Part shown: positions 1-12,050 of the stretch, in pieces
Position numbering within the stretch: the first letter of the stretch is position 1
Layout of the letters: each line of letters opens with the position of its first letter
Source of the DNA: Camelus ferus
Taxonomy: Eukaryota
Assembly: GCF_009834535.1 (NCBI RefSeq)
Contig: NC_045697.1
Coordinates: 105,712,001 to 105,776,000, forward strand
Direction: 5' to 3'
DNA: 64,000 nt
Position numbers and translations under genes: made by a program
The notes under the pieces: generated by a model
Databases searched by the model: none
What the model saw: only the letters and a program-made list of their open reading frames with translations
Told to the model about the DNA's origin: nothing

Positions 1-501
1 ATTGCTATAAAATATTTTTCTAGGGAAGGATGAAATTCTGTTGATTCTCATTATGATTTGGCTGTGAGTTTAGGACTTACCCTGTGGCCACAGAGGATAA
101 TCAGGCTAGTTATAGGTCAACATGAATTTGGAATCCAAAATTTCTCCTTATTAGCCTGGTGTGTCCACCAGAAGTCACATAGTCACATGTTGCTGAATGC
201 CTCTTGAGAAAGGAAGGGCCAACTTTTCCTACTCCTCTCTGTACATATACCACACCGTCATTTAGTTCAAGAGTGATTAATCAAGGAATCACTAAATTGG
301 GAGCAATAAGTCATAGTATCAATGTGATAGGGGAGTGATAAGTACACATTGGTTGTTCAATAAATCTCAACAGCCGGTCAATAAAAATAGGAGGGACGGT
401 AATTAAGATGAATCTGTACTCAGAAGAGGTAACCTGAGAGGAGGAAGAGGTGGTGAAGAGTTATGCTGCCCCCAGGAGTCAGCAAAGCCCTCAGGCACCC
501 A

Positions 502-598
502 GGAACTCCAATAACTCCCTCTACGAGGAATTCCATGACGTTATGGAGCTTGGAACTCCAATAATTCCCTCTACGAGGAATTCCATGACGTTATGGAG
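502..598. repeat. Tandem duplication, 47-bp unit with 50-bp period
   Basis: ggaactccaataa(c/t)tccctctacgaggaattccatgacgttatggag at 502-548 and 552-598, one mismatch. Confidence 0.95.
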
Positions 599-789
599 AC
601 ACGCATCTCCCTGTCGAATTATGGAGATTGCTGCAGAGTGACTTACAGGGAAGGTAGCTGTGGCAAGGCTGCTGGGAGAGCCTTAAAATTTTTCAGAAGG
701 AAACATGATGAATGAATGAAGAATGGATGCACGAGAAATGAGGCTGACTCAGAAGGCATAGGTCTTCCTCAGAGACGCTTGGACTTCAC

Positions 790-870
790 ACCTAACTTCA
801 GTTTCCTTATCTGTAAAAGGAGGAGGATAGGCTAGGGCAGTTCCTTCCTGTTTTAAAGTCCCAAGGTTTC
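790..870 (+). mobile_element. MIR-family SINE fragment
   Basis: cttcagtttccttatctgtaaaa matches the MIR core motif. Confidence 0.55.
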
Positions 871-1049
871 AAGCTAATGTCATTTCAGAATTTGCACAGA
901 ATTGACACATATCTTTGATTACCAGGGAAATGCTAGATTGCTTGCCTGACCATGGCATCTCGCTGCCTGCTCTAGAAACCACTTCTCAAGCAGTATAGTA
1001 TTCTCTGGCACTATCTTTTTTTTTTTATTTTTCAAGGGTACTCTTTGGG

Positions 1050-1800
1050 GATAATTTTGTATTTTGATATAATTTCAGACTTATGAAAAAGTTGCAAGAA
1101 TCGCATAAGAAATCCCAATAATACTTTTTCCAGATTCATCAATTATTTACATTTTGTTCATTTGCTTATTCTCTCTGTGTGTGTATGTATGTGTATTATA
1201 CATATTGTATGTAATCATAGATAGACTACCACTTGAGAGTTTGAAAGTTTGAAACATTGTGACCCTTTATCCTTAAATAGTTTACTGCATAATTCCTAAG
1301 AACACAAGGCATTCTCCTACTGTAATCCAATTATCAGTAGCAAAAAATTTGGCACTGATATATATGATAATCTAATATGCAGTCCATATTGAATTTTAAT
1401 TAATTATGCTAATAATGTCCTTTATAGATATTTTCCCTTGTCCAGGATCCAATCCAGAATCACTAATTGCCGTTAACTGTAATGTCTCTTTAAATATGAA
1501 ATGGCTCCTAGCCCTTTGCAGTTCTTGATCTTAACATTTTTGAAGAGTACAGGTCAATTAAGTTGTAGAATGTCCTTCAAATTCAGCGTGTCTGATGTTT
1601 CCTTGTAATGGGATTCATATTAAGCACTTTCTGGGCAGTTATACCATTGAAGTTGTATGGTGTCCTTCTCAGTGTCTCGTTGGTGGCACGTAATATTGCT
1701 TTGTCCCAATATTGGTGATGCTAACACTGGTCACTTGGTTAAGGTGGTGTCTGCTAAGTTTCTTTACTGTAACTTATTATTTTCCCCTTTATAATTAATA
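1050..1800 (-). mobile_element. Ancient L1 3' UTR (L1MC-like)
   Basis: aatttcagactta..aaaagttgcaagaa, tccaggatccaatccag and cacttggttaaggtggtgtctgc motifs typical of antisense L1MC 3' ends (recalled consensus). Confidence 0.7.
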
Positions 1801-3517
1801 AAATTTTTATTCACGTCATGATATTCTAATAACATATGCTTTAGACTATTGGATAATCCTACTCCATTTTTTCACATTTTTGCACTAAAATTTAGATGAT
1901 TTCTATTGACCCGCTGTCAATATTAATCTGTTATACTTACTGTTTTCACTGTTTCCTGCTTGCTGATAAGCTGATTATGTAATTTTTTATCTCAGATACC
2001 ATATATTTAATTTCTAGTAATTTCATTTGGCACTCCTCTTGTAATAGTATCTATTTCTATGCCAAAATTACCCATCTGTTTACATATGTTATATACCTCT
2101 TCCATTATATCCTTTTATCAAAGTTATTTTAAAGTCCCAGTCATATCATTCTAACTTCTGGGCCATCTCTGTGTCTGCTACTATTTCCTTTGAATTAAAA
2201 AACATTTCTTTATGCATTTTGTAATTTTTGATTGTATGCAGTGTATTGTGTGTAATAGAAAACAAAACAATAGAGATGGCAGTAAATAATATTTCTGCCC
2301 AGGAAAGGAAACACCCTTTTTTCTGACAGTAGTCCATCTAGACAATAGTTAAGCTGGGACTGGAATTTACTGTTGTTTTAATTAGACTTAGTTCACCATT
2401 AGGTTAAAGATTCAGGGATGAGTTAGTACTTTACCTTCAGCAGGGCAAGACCTCTTTGTACAAACAATCTCTAGCTTTCTGAATTAACTGGCATCTTGTT
2501 CTGCTTTATAAACTAGCTTCAGTGTTTTGTCGCTAAGGAGTTCCCTTTGCTATTCAGACCTGCCTCCTGGCTTTCTGTGGTTCAAGAGGTCTTTTCCTGC
2601 TCTCCTGCTTTGCCCGAACGTTTGGAGTGCTGCGAAGTGTACTCATGAATGCTTAGAGCGCCTGTAAGGGATTCAGCATGACTTGTCTCTGACAGGCAGG
2701 GCAAAGGGCTGAAAGAGACTCTCAGGCCCTGGGTGCTTGCTCCCCAAAGGGGTCTCTCTTGGGTCTCCTGTTCTTCCTACAGATGTGGGAAGCCTCTGAG
2801 AAGTATGGAATAAGGACCTACAGTGCTTTGAACAGTTCCTCCCATTTCTCCTGTCCTCCTCTGTGTTCTAGGCATTCTGTCTCACTTCTCGTTTGCATGA
2901 GTATTTATTGAGGGCCTATCGGAAAGATCTGATGAGTAGGTGTAGACAGAGTTCTTCAGGGTTCTAAACATCGCACCAACTGTCCCTTAGTCTTCAAAAT
3001 TCTTTCAAAGTTCAGTAACTTTCTCCTTAAATCCATTAATGGTGGCTTCTTCATAGTTGCACTTCCCTACAAAAGAAGATAGAAGCTGTAGGGCATTTCT
3101 CATGAGGAACTTGTCTCTTTCTAGATTTTAGTTCCTTCTGGCTTCTTCTATCCTCAATATTTGATGAGTTTACCAAAAAAAAATAAAATAAAAAAACTAT
3201 GACTGTAGGCTATTTAGCTTGTTTTTGATATTAAGGTCAAAGTGGAAGCAGAAATTAGGACTTTGTGTCCTTCTGAGAGACTCCCATCATTCTTTGACCG
3301 CTTTCTTAATTTCTGTATAACATCCAGGCTCATCTTGAACTTCCTCTGCTCCATCTCTATAATCAACCTTTCCCATGGATCCCCAGCTTTTTTTTTTTTT
3401 TTTTTTTTTTTAGTGGAGAAACCACTATTATTTAGAAGCCAAATATAAGTACTACATACACTCATTTTTACTAGGATCATTGCTTCTAGATCCTCTCACA
3501 TGGAAAGAGCTGGGACT

Positions 3518-3575
3518 CTGTCTATCTGTCTGTCTGTTTGTCTGTCTATCTATCAATCTATCTATCTATCTATCT
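3518..3575. repeat. (TCTG)n/(TCTA)n compound microsatellite
   Basis: Direct reading. Confidence 0.9.
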
Positions 3576-3849
3576 CCATTTATATCCATTCATCTATTTA
3601 AAACTATGAGTTCATACTGGTGCTTTCAACTCCTATCTAACATAGCAGTGTACATTCTTATCTTCTCTTTTCCATATTTGTAACTTGCTTCTACAGTGGT
3701 GTGAAACTTGAATCTCATTCTCCTTAATACATTTATTCAGTTGCTCAAGATTTAAATGCACAGAAATGAGTTTAAGAATTGCTAATGCATACCACTGGGG
3801 AGGGGAAAAAAAACAAATCTACTAACTAGACTTTAACATTTGTTTACTA

Positions 3850-4430
3850 TTTCTTAAGGTAGAGTTTACATACAGTAAAACAAATGTAAAGTACACAATT
3901 CAGTGAGTTTCGATAAATGCATACCCAGTGTAATCCATATCTCTATAAAGATATTGAACATTTCCATCATCCCAGCAAGTTCCTTTTCCCAGTCAATTCT
4001 TTCTCTCTCTCCCCAGCAACTACAGTTCTATTTTTTTCATTATGTATTAGTTTTGCTGATTCTACAGCTTTATATAATGGAATAACACAGTGTGTGTTGT
4101 TTAGTGTCAGGATTCTTTTGCTCAACATAATGTCTGTGAGATTCATATGTTCTTTGTGTATCAAAAGTTTTTTATTGTTGTTGTTTTGCTGAGAAGTGTT
4201 TCATTATATGTATCCACAATTTGTTTATCCATTCTCCTGTTGATGGACACTTGGGATGTTTCCAGCTTTTTGCTATTATAAATAAGGCTGCTATGAACAT
4301 TCTTGTATAAGTCTTCATGTGGACATATGTTTTCACTTCTCTTGGATATTGTAAGAATGGGAGTTGCCATGGCATGGATAGGTTTTATATGCAACTATAA
4401 GAAATTGCTAAATCTTTTGCCAAAGTGTAC
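3850..4430 (-). mobile_element. L1 ORF2 C-terminus plus 3' UTR (L1MB/L1ME-like)
   Basis: Minus-strand ORF 4172-4375 gives YPREVKTYVHMKTYTRMFIAALFIIAKSWKHPKCPSTGEWINKLW, the L1 ORF2p C-terminal motif. Confidence 0.9.
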
Positions 4431-6104
4431 CTCAAGTCTGTTTTTTTTTTTTAACTGGACTTTAACACCTTTCTTTTGTAGCTATGAGGAGCTCTGTGAC
4501 CTCCCCCACTGTGCGAGCATACCCCACAGAAAGAGCTCTATTGTTGGACTGGTGTGCAGGCACACAGGGAGCTCTGAACCACCTGGAACAGGCTGATCCA
4601 GCTTTTAGCTGAGCTTCAGTGAAGTGATAACATACCTACATTCTCACTCTGAGAGTCTCTGGTATGCCTCAGATTTCCCTTCTCCTTCTCAACTGTGCAG
4701 CTAGTCAATTCTTAACACTCCGCAGAGTCATCACACTTCCAACTGCAGCTGGATCTGGTACGTTCCAGGGGCATCTGTTCCCCTCCTGGGACTCCCTGGG
4801 ACTTTGTCATCTCAGAGCTCACCTTACCCTCTACAAGCCACGAGATGCCATGATGCTGAGTAGTGGGTGTGTGGGCAGGGCAGCTTTGCTGGCTGACTTG
4901 ACCCCTTTGTTCTTCCAGTCACCTTCTGGCTCAGCAGTGGGAGGCAACTTCATGTCTGAACCTGGCTTTAGTCTTTGTGATCTCTGGACTCACGAGCTCT
5001 GTGTTTAGCTAGGAATTGTCAGAAACAAAGGGACTAAGGTGTTTGAAACACTGTAGTGTTGTGAAATTCAATAAAACATCTGTGCACCCAAATAGCACGT
5101 GCACAGCACTGGGGGTGTGCATTCCCTTCCTTTTCCTCCATCTCTGTAGATGCTGCTGTTGGATTTTGTTTCCCTACATGAGTTCATCCTATTACCTCAT
5201 CCCTTGCTTTGAATGCAGTATGTGCTACAGTTTTCATATCAGATTCAGACACCTTTTCTTCAGCAACCTCCATTCCTTCAAACTTGTTCCTACACTTCAT
5301 TTTCAGGCTTTATCACCTATTGCTGCCTGGCATGTCTCCTTAAATGCAGGAGATGCTGAAACCTTGATCATTACAGTGCTCGACTTGTGAAGGACTTTTG
5401 TGATTAAAATGTTTCATCATCGGTGGTTGTCCCGCATGATAGTTTTAATGTCGCTACTGTGATGAACATTTATACTGGGAACGGAGCTGTGATGCTCATC
5501 TAAAAAAAGCAGTGAAAATGCATTTCCTGGTGAGTCAGTTCATTTCAGGTAACAAACCAGGCCCTGGGTTAGAGTGCGTGTAGCAGAGGTGGCGATTCAG
5601 AGAACACATGTCAGAAGAAAACTTCTGCTGATGATGAGAGCAGCTGGGCACTTTTCTTTGGGGGATTGGAGAGAGAATATGTCAGGGGCCCTGGTTCTCT
5701 TCAAAGGGGAAAACTGTTGCCACCACTAACTTAGACTCTGCCCTCTTTCTACTTCCTGAAACATGACATTCTTCTCAGGGAAATCTGGACTCCTGTGTTT
5801 GTTCTTGTAGCTCCACTGAAGGTGCTCTTTATCCCGTCTTGCCTTAGGGGTGCTATCATAAGTGTTCTTTCTTCATAATCCAACTAGGGACACATTTAAA
5901 TAGCACTTTGAACCACAACATATTCATCATCCTATTTATTCATCCAGCCTTCTATAGAACATCTATAGAACAATTAGTCACTAATGTATTCAATAGGTGT
6001 GTTAAACGTGGTGGACAATTAAATGTGAATGAGATAGTTTAGAAGAGATGAGGATCCAGAAAGTGTCTGTTTATAAGTAGCTATAATAAAAGTAAGAAAG
6101 TAAT

Positions 6105-6202
6105 AAATGCACCTCAATGTTCATAGAAGCACTATTTACAATAGCCAAGGCATGGAAGCAACCCAAGTGTCCATCAACAGATGACTGGATAAAGAAGATG
6201 TG

Positions 6203-6240
<38 letters not shown>

Positions 6241-6648
6241 GAATACTACTCAGCCATAAAAAGAACAAAATTTTGCCATGTGCAGCAACATGGATGGATG
6301 GACTTGGAGGGCATTATGCTAAGTAAAATAAGTAAGACAGAAAAAGACAAACACTCTGATATCCTTATATGTGGAATCTAAAAAAATACAACAAACTAGT
6401 GAATAGAACATAAAAGAAGCTGACTCACAGATATGAAGAACTAGTGGTTACCAGTGGGGAGGGGGTGAGGGGCAGTATAATGGTGAGAGAGTAGGAGGCA
6501 TAAACTGTTGGGTATAAGACAGGCTTAAGGATGTATTGCACAACATGGAGAATATAGCCAATATTCTGTAATAACTAAATGGAAAGTAACCTTTAAAACT
6601 GTATAAAAATTGTATAAATTGTATAAATTTTTAAAAATAATTAAAAAA
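6105..6648 (+). mobile_element. 5'-truncated L1 (ORF2 end, 3' UTR, A-rich tail)
   Basis: gcactatttacaatagccaag..ggaagcaacccaagtgtccatcaacagatgactggataaagaagatgtg encodes ALFTIAK.WKQPKCPSTDDWIKKM; A-rich end. Confidence 0.9.
6205..6238. repeat. (AC)17 microsatellite inside L1
   Basis: Direct reading. Confidence 0.97.
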
Positions 6649-6679
6649 TGGAAAGTAATGAATAAAGGTATAAACAGTG

Positions 6680-6810
6680 GGGGGAGGGTATAGCTCAAGC
6701 AGTAGAGCACATGCTTAGCATGCAGGAGGTCCTGGGCTCAATCTCCAGTACCTCTTTTACAAAAATAGATAAAGAAACCTACTTACCTGCCCACACCTGC
6801 CAAAAAAAGG
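6680..6810 (+). mobile_element. tRNA-derived SINE, camelid Vic-1-like
   Basis: ggggagggtatagctcaagcagtagagcacatgcttagcatgcaggaggtcctgggctcaatctccagtacctc with Pol III A box and degenerate B box; A tail; TSD ggtataaac(a/t)gtg at 6667-6679 and 6811-6823. Confidence 0.9.
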
Positions 6811-6839
6811 GGTATAAACTGTGCTTTGTCATTTCAAAA

Positions 6840-7480
6840 AAGAGCGATTCCACACACTATTTGTGTAGCCCATTAATAAAATTTTTTCGCATACCTACTG
6901 AAAGTATATGAGATTTATATGTAAATCACATGTATGTACTCTTATGCTAATATAGACATACACTATAATCATATACAAAACTGGAAATTAGAAAAATATT
7001 GTAAAGATGAGATAGGCAGTATTTTTTGAAGTGATTTTAATTTTATTGTGCAATTAAAAACTCTTCTTACTTTCTTAAATATACTATTAATAAACTGCTT
7101 GGCAATAGGAATGTGATTTATATGTCAGATCTGATTTAGCAGACATTGTTTTTGCATCTAATGTGGTTGATGTAAAGCTCATGTTGGGAGAGGGGGAACG
7201 TTATGTCTGCTATTTAATTCTTGTTTGCTGGTGCTTACATTATAATATTATTTTTAATTTGCAGGGTCTTGTAGAAAAAAATATTAAGCATGTTGTGAGA
7301 CTTAGTTTAATTAAAAATGAGACAAGACTATCTAAAAATCTACATAAAATGTAATTTGTCATAATATGCTGAAAATGAGTGATGGATATGTGTCACAGCA
7401 AATGCTCCCTCGCTGTGGAACTCCAGAATTTTGAAGGCTACTTTCCATGGCATCCATGTCTGATGCATGGACCTAGTGAG
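6840..7480. mobile_element. Probable degraded hAT-Charlie DNA transposon
   Basis: AT-rich body with Charlie-like subterminal sequence; recalled similarity only. Confidence 0.3.
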
Positions 7481-7789
7481 GGTCCTGGTATCAATATGTC
7501 TGTTAAATAATAGTAGCCTTTCATTTCTTTCTTATTTTTAAAAGTAACGGTAATAGATGTTCAAATATTTTCTTTCCATACTCCAGTGGATCATTTGCTC
7601 TTCTCTTGGGGGTGTGTGTATACTAATCTGGAGACTCCTAGGTTAGAGGATGGTTTGAGTATAAGTCCCTCATATCTGAACACCTTAGAGAAAGCTTCAC
7701 ACAATAACTTAAATTTGAATGATGAGAAGAAACTAGAGGAGAGAAAGCATTTGAAAGGGTGAATGGCAGATATACTGCTACGGAAGCAC

Positions 7790-8560
7790 AAGTTATATGG
7801 AAAGGATAATGAAATGTCCGTTATTTTAGAGTAAGAAGAGAATTGTGTGGAAATTAGTGCCAGAATACAGATGGTGTTGAATACCTTACCTAGTGTAAAA
7901 ATTTGAATTTTGTTCAGTAGGCTTTGGAAGGCATTAAATATAGGATAGATAGATACAGATATAGATATATAAAATTTGAATCAGGAGGTGTTAAATTAAG
8001 GGAAGCAACTTTTCCTTTATTTAAAAAAATCTCTCTTCTTTATCTCTAAGAAAGTGGCTCTTTGCTTATCTGCATTCCCTTCTCTATGCAGCTTGTTATT
8101 GGAAATACCTGTCTAGCAGTAGCTAGGGGCTTGGATAGAATGGGTGATGAGGGTGGTGGGAGAGAAATTCATTAAGTAAGATGCTTGTTATATGACTAGC
8201 AAATGATTTAAGTCAGAGGTAATGAAGACTTAAAGGAGGGTGATGGCAATGGAAATGAAAGCAAAGTGGAAGATGGTTTAGTGAAGGAAGAGAATAACCA
8301 CAAGTCTATTTATAATTTCCATCCTGGGTAACTAGGAGACTAGGGATCAAGAGAAGTGGAAACACCTGGAGAAGGAGCAGATTTGAAGGGGTCATTAATG
8401 ATGTGGGTGGACATTAAGGTAGAGGTGCCTAATATGAAGCCAAGAACGTGGGCGGGTATACAAGATGGACCGGAAATAATCTGCACAGAGGGAGTATTAA
8501 AGGAATGAACGGTTCATGCGAGGAACTGGTTAGAAGGAGAAGAGGACCTAAGACAATGTT
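7790..8560 (-). mobile_element. L2 fragments
   Basis: Purine-rich antisense L2-type motifs (aatttgaattttgttcagtagg, gtgatggcaatggaaatgaaag). Confidence 0.5.
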
Positions 8561-9078
8561 GGGGAAACACAGCCCAGCATCCTAACCCAGCAGTTCTACT
8601 TGGATCTGAGACTGGGAACTCTTGACTCTTCATCTCTTAATTCAATGATCCATGTCTTTGGTGATTGTAAACTACTGCATAGATTCTTTTCTCTCAGTTA
8701 AGTAAAATTAATATGTTTCAGAAATCAGGTTTCAATAATCTTAGGTAGCTAGTTTACAAAAAAAAAATTAAAACTCTCTATACTAAGAGGGCTTAAGGAG
8801 CCAAGTTGTCTAAAAGAGCTAAGCATACTTTTGGAAAATAAAGTAAAACATAATGACAGGTGAAAATAAAAAGAGAGAGAGAAGTTTCTGCATACAGAAC
8901 TACATTTGAAATGGAAATAATTAGGAATATTACCAAGGCTATGTTTAAGGCTTAAGTGATCTTGGCAATATAGACCAGTCAACTCCACTAAAGCAAGGCC
9001 GAGATGCATTTCTGGCAAACTATCAACAATATTATATTTACTGGAGGAGGGAAGGTAGTAAGGAATAAGTATGTGTTT

Positions 9079-9458
9079 TGCTACGAGCTGAATTTGTGCC
9101 CCAAATTCATTTGATGAAATCCTAACCCCCAGTACCTCAGAAGTAATTGTATTTGAAGGTATGGTCTTTAAAGAGGTGATTAAGATTAAATGAGGTCATT
9201 GGAATGGGTCCTAATCCAATATGACTGGTGTCCTTATAAAAAGAGATTAGGACACAGACATGCACAGACAGGCAACCATGTGAAGACGCAGGGAGAAAAC
9301 GGCCATCGACAAGCCAAGGAGAGAGGCCTCAGAAGAAACTGGCCCCGCCAACACCTAGGTCTTGAACTTCTAGCCTCCAGAACTATGAGAAAATAAATTT
9401 CAGTTTAAGCAGTCCAGTCTGTGGTACTTTATTATGACAACCCTAGCAGACTAATACA
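9079..9458 (+). mobile_element. MaLR solo LTR (MLT1B-like)
   Basis: TG...CA termini; cctaatccaatatgactggtgtccttataaa; ctagcctccagaactatgagaaaataaattt; ctagcagactaataca. Confidence 0.9.
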
Positions 9459-10389
9459 ATTTTTAAAGTTAAAAATGGTAGACCTGAATTAAAGCTTAAA
9501 AAAAAAGAAACTTGGACAGATTACTAAGTCATCATGAAGAAAAGAACTTTGTGGGACTCATTGGACTCATTCATTATGACCCTAGGGTTTGGAACACTTG
9601 GCGAAGTCTATTTTGACATTAACCTGTTTAAAATTATGTTCGATAAGAAACACTCATCATTCTCTCAGGGGATCAGATTACAGCTTTCCTAGGGAGGCTC
9701 ACTGGAATGAGGACCAAACTCTGAGCATGGTTAGGAAAATACATACTGACTTGGGAGAGGGGTGCAGGTTGGGACAAAATTGTCATCTAGAAAAGAAAAA
9801 AACATACTCATTAAATTTGCTGCTAATAATAGCATAGATCTTAAAGGATAGGATCAGCATCATGAATGTAGATTTCTAACTAATGTGAGGAAATCATAAA
9901 AGATTCACAAGGGAATTTTGATTAAGAGTGTCAACTGGTTGGGACAGAATGATAATTACTAACAAGGTATCCTTGCTTTATAATCTTCTTCAGTCTGGTT
10001 GACAGATATTTTAGAGATGACTATCAGGCAATGAAATAAGAAAGTAGCTCTGTAAGGAGTGGGGACATCACAATGAGAGGCAGGAATAGAAGTGCAGAAG
10101 TCAGGCACCATGAGCTCATCCTCCAGTTATGCCTACCACTGGGCAGACAGTCCCTGGGCCCCATTTTTAAGCTCTAGATTTTGCACTAAAGAATGTAGAT
10201 GACTTAGAAATTATTTAGTAGTGAAGACAAAAATAAATAGGAAATAAGATCTATGAGTATAGGTTAAAATAACTTTTATTATTCAACTAAACAAGAGAGG
10301 CTGGGTTATTTAATAGTACTTTTTTTTTTTTTTAAGGATGGTTTAGTCATCCTTGAAGATAATAAACTATTCTTCATTAACACCGTAGG

Positions 10390-10650
10390 GGTTAAAACAA
10401 AAGGAAATGGGACCCAACTGCAGTATGTAGGGTTTAGATTACACCTGGGGAAGAATTGGCTGAGTGGAATGAATTACTGTGGAAGGAAATGGAATTTCCT
10501 ACTTGGGAGATCTTTAAAAAATAGTCTCTCAAGGTGTCAAGGCTAATTTTAGAATTAAATCCTGTCTAAAGAGTAAGACTGGTGATTGATGAATTAGGAG
10601 GTGGAGGAGGGCATCATGAACCCTGAAGAGACCTTCTAATCTTAAAATAT
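10390..10650 (+). mobile_element. L3/CR1 LINE 3' fragment
   Basis: ggaaatggg..aactgcag..gtttagatta and tttcctacttgggagatctttaaaaaatag resemble the CR1/L3 3' region. Confidence 0.5.
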
Positions 10651-11477
10651 ATTGATGATCTTGAAAATAACCCTAGTTATGAAGAGATTAGAAAATTGGA
10701 GAGAGCTAATATATGTGTTGTATTTTATTCTTATGATTTTATCTTTCTTCCCCCCATTGATCTGGGCAACAGTATGGGCATTTGCCAAGCAAGTTATAAT
10801 TATCTATTGTTGAGATTTAAATCTCTTGATTATACAAGTGCCCAGAAAGACCGGATGGAGAGGTTGGGAAATTTCGGTTCTGATAACAACAGGTAATAAC
10901 AACAGGTTGCACTGTTCCTACATTTGGTCCATCTATCAGTTTTTATTCTAAAGAAAGTTTTATTGTGTGAGTCACGTCTAGGTGCTCACTGGGTGAACTA
11001 GATGCTGTGGGAGCACAGAAGGGGAGTAGGGCATGGTTTCTCGTGTTTAAGAGTGTGTGTGATGTATATGGGGTGATCGGATAAATACACGTGAAAAGGT
11101 ATTGCACAGTAACGGACAGAATTATTGAATTGTGTGATATGGGCTCTTTGTGCTGGAAGAGTTGGGTGGTGGTTTTATGAGCTGAAAGTGTCACAGAGGA
11201 GAGAGGTTTTAAAGGATGGGACAGAATTTAGGAAGAGCAGGGATGCAGGAAGGACATTTCTGGTAGCTGTGTGAGCAAAGGGATGAAGTGAGACTGTGTG
11301 TGCCTGGGTCCTACTGCCCACACACTGAAGAGCCTTGCATAATTTATAGGCTTTAGGATAAACTCACAGTTGTTCGTATGTCACCCACAGCTGTTATGAT
11401 TTGCTGTTGCTGACGTCTGTGTCCTTATCTCATCCTCTTTTTGTTCACTCTCACTCCTTTTTCTTTGTCATGACCCA

Positions 11478-11650
11478 GAGTCTGTTTGAGTTCAAATTTC
11501 ACTTTGGCCACTGTGACCTTGAATCTGGGTTCTTTCATGTACCAAATGGTGATAATAATAAGACCTATTTCCAGGGGTTGTTGTGAGGATTAAATAAGTC
11601 AATAAATGTAAAGTGCTTAGAATGGCACCTGGCATCAGTAAAATATTACC
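11478..11650 (+). mobile_element. MIR SINE
   Basis: gggttgttgtgaggattaaataag..aatgtaaagtgcttagaatggcacctggca. Confidence 0.85.
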
Positions 11651-11849
11651 TACAGTAATATTATCTATCGTTGTAAGTATTATAAACACCATACATGTAA
11701 ATACATTATTGTAAATATGAAAGAGATAAAATATTATCTATCATTGTAAGCGTCAATAAAATGTTTAATATTTATTAATCCTCTAAGCAGTTAAGTCCAG
11801 GTGCTGTCTCCTGGTAGCCTGTCCTTTGCTAAGCAGCTTGCATCTGCAT

Positions 11850-12050
11850 CATCCTGTGTCCTTGCTGTACCTTGTTCTTACCTCGCTCACAGCACATCCT
11901 GTTCTGCACAGTAATCCTAGGCTGACATGTCTGTCTCATCCTGGATTGTAGGTCTGGAGGCAGCCATGTCTTGTTCATTTCTGTATCCTAGAGTCTTCAG
12001 GCAGGCAGTCAATATGTGTTGACTAATTAGGAGAATGAATGAATAATTGA
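11850..12050 (+). mobile_element. L2 3' end
   Basis: ccatgtcttgttcatttctgtatcc..caatatgtgttga..gaatgaatgaat tail. Confidence 0.65.

Noticed and set aside
502..598. CRISPR-like repeat
   Set aside because: Only two adjacent copies with a 3-bp gap and no spacers, in a eukaryotic context
4172..4375. ORF with a protein-like motif
   Set aside because: It is the C-terminus of L1 ORF2p in a dead, truncated copy
6680..6755. tRNA-like sequence
   Set aside because: Degenerate B box/T arm, SINE tail and TSD show a SINE rather than a tRNA gene
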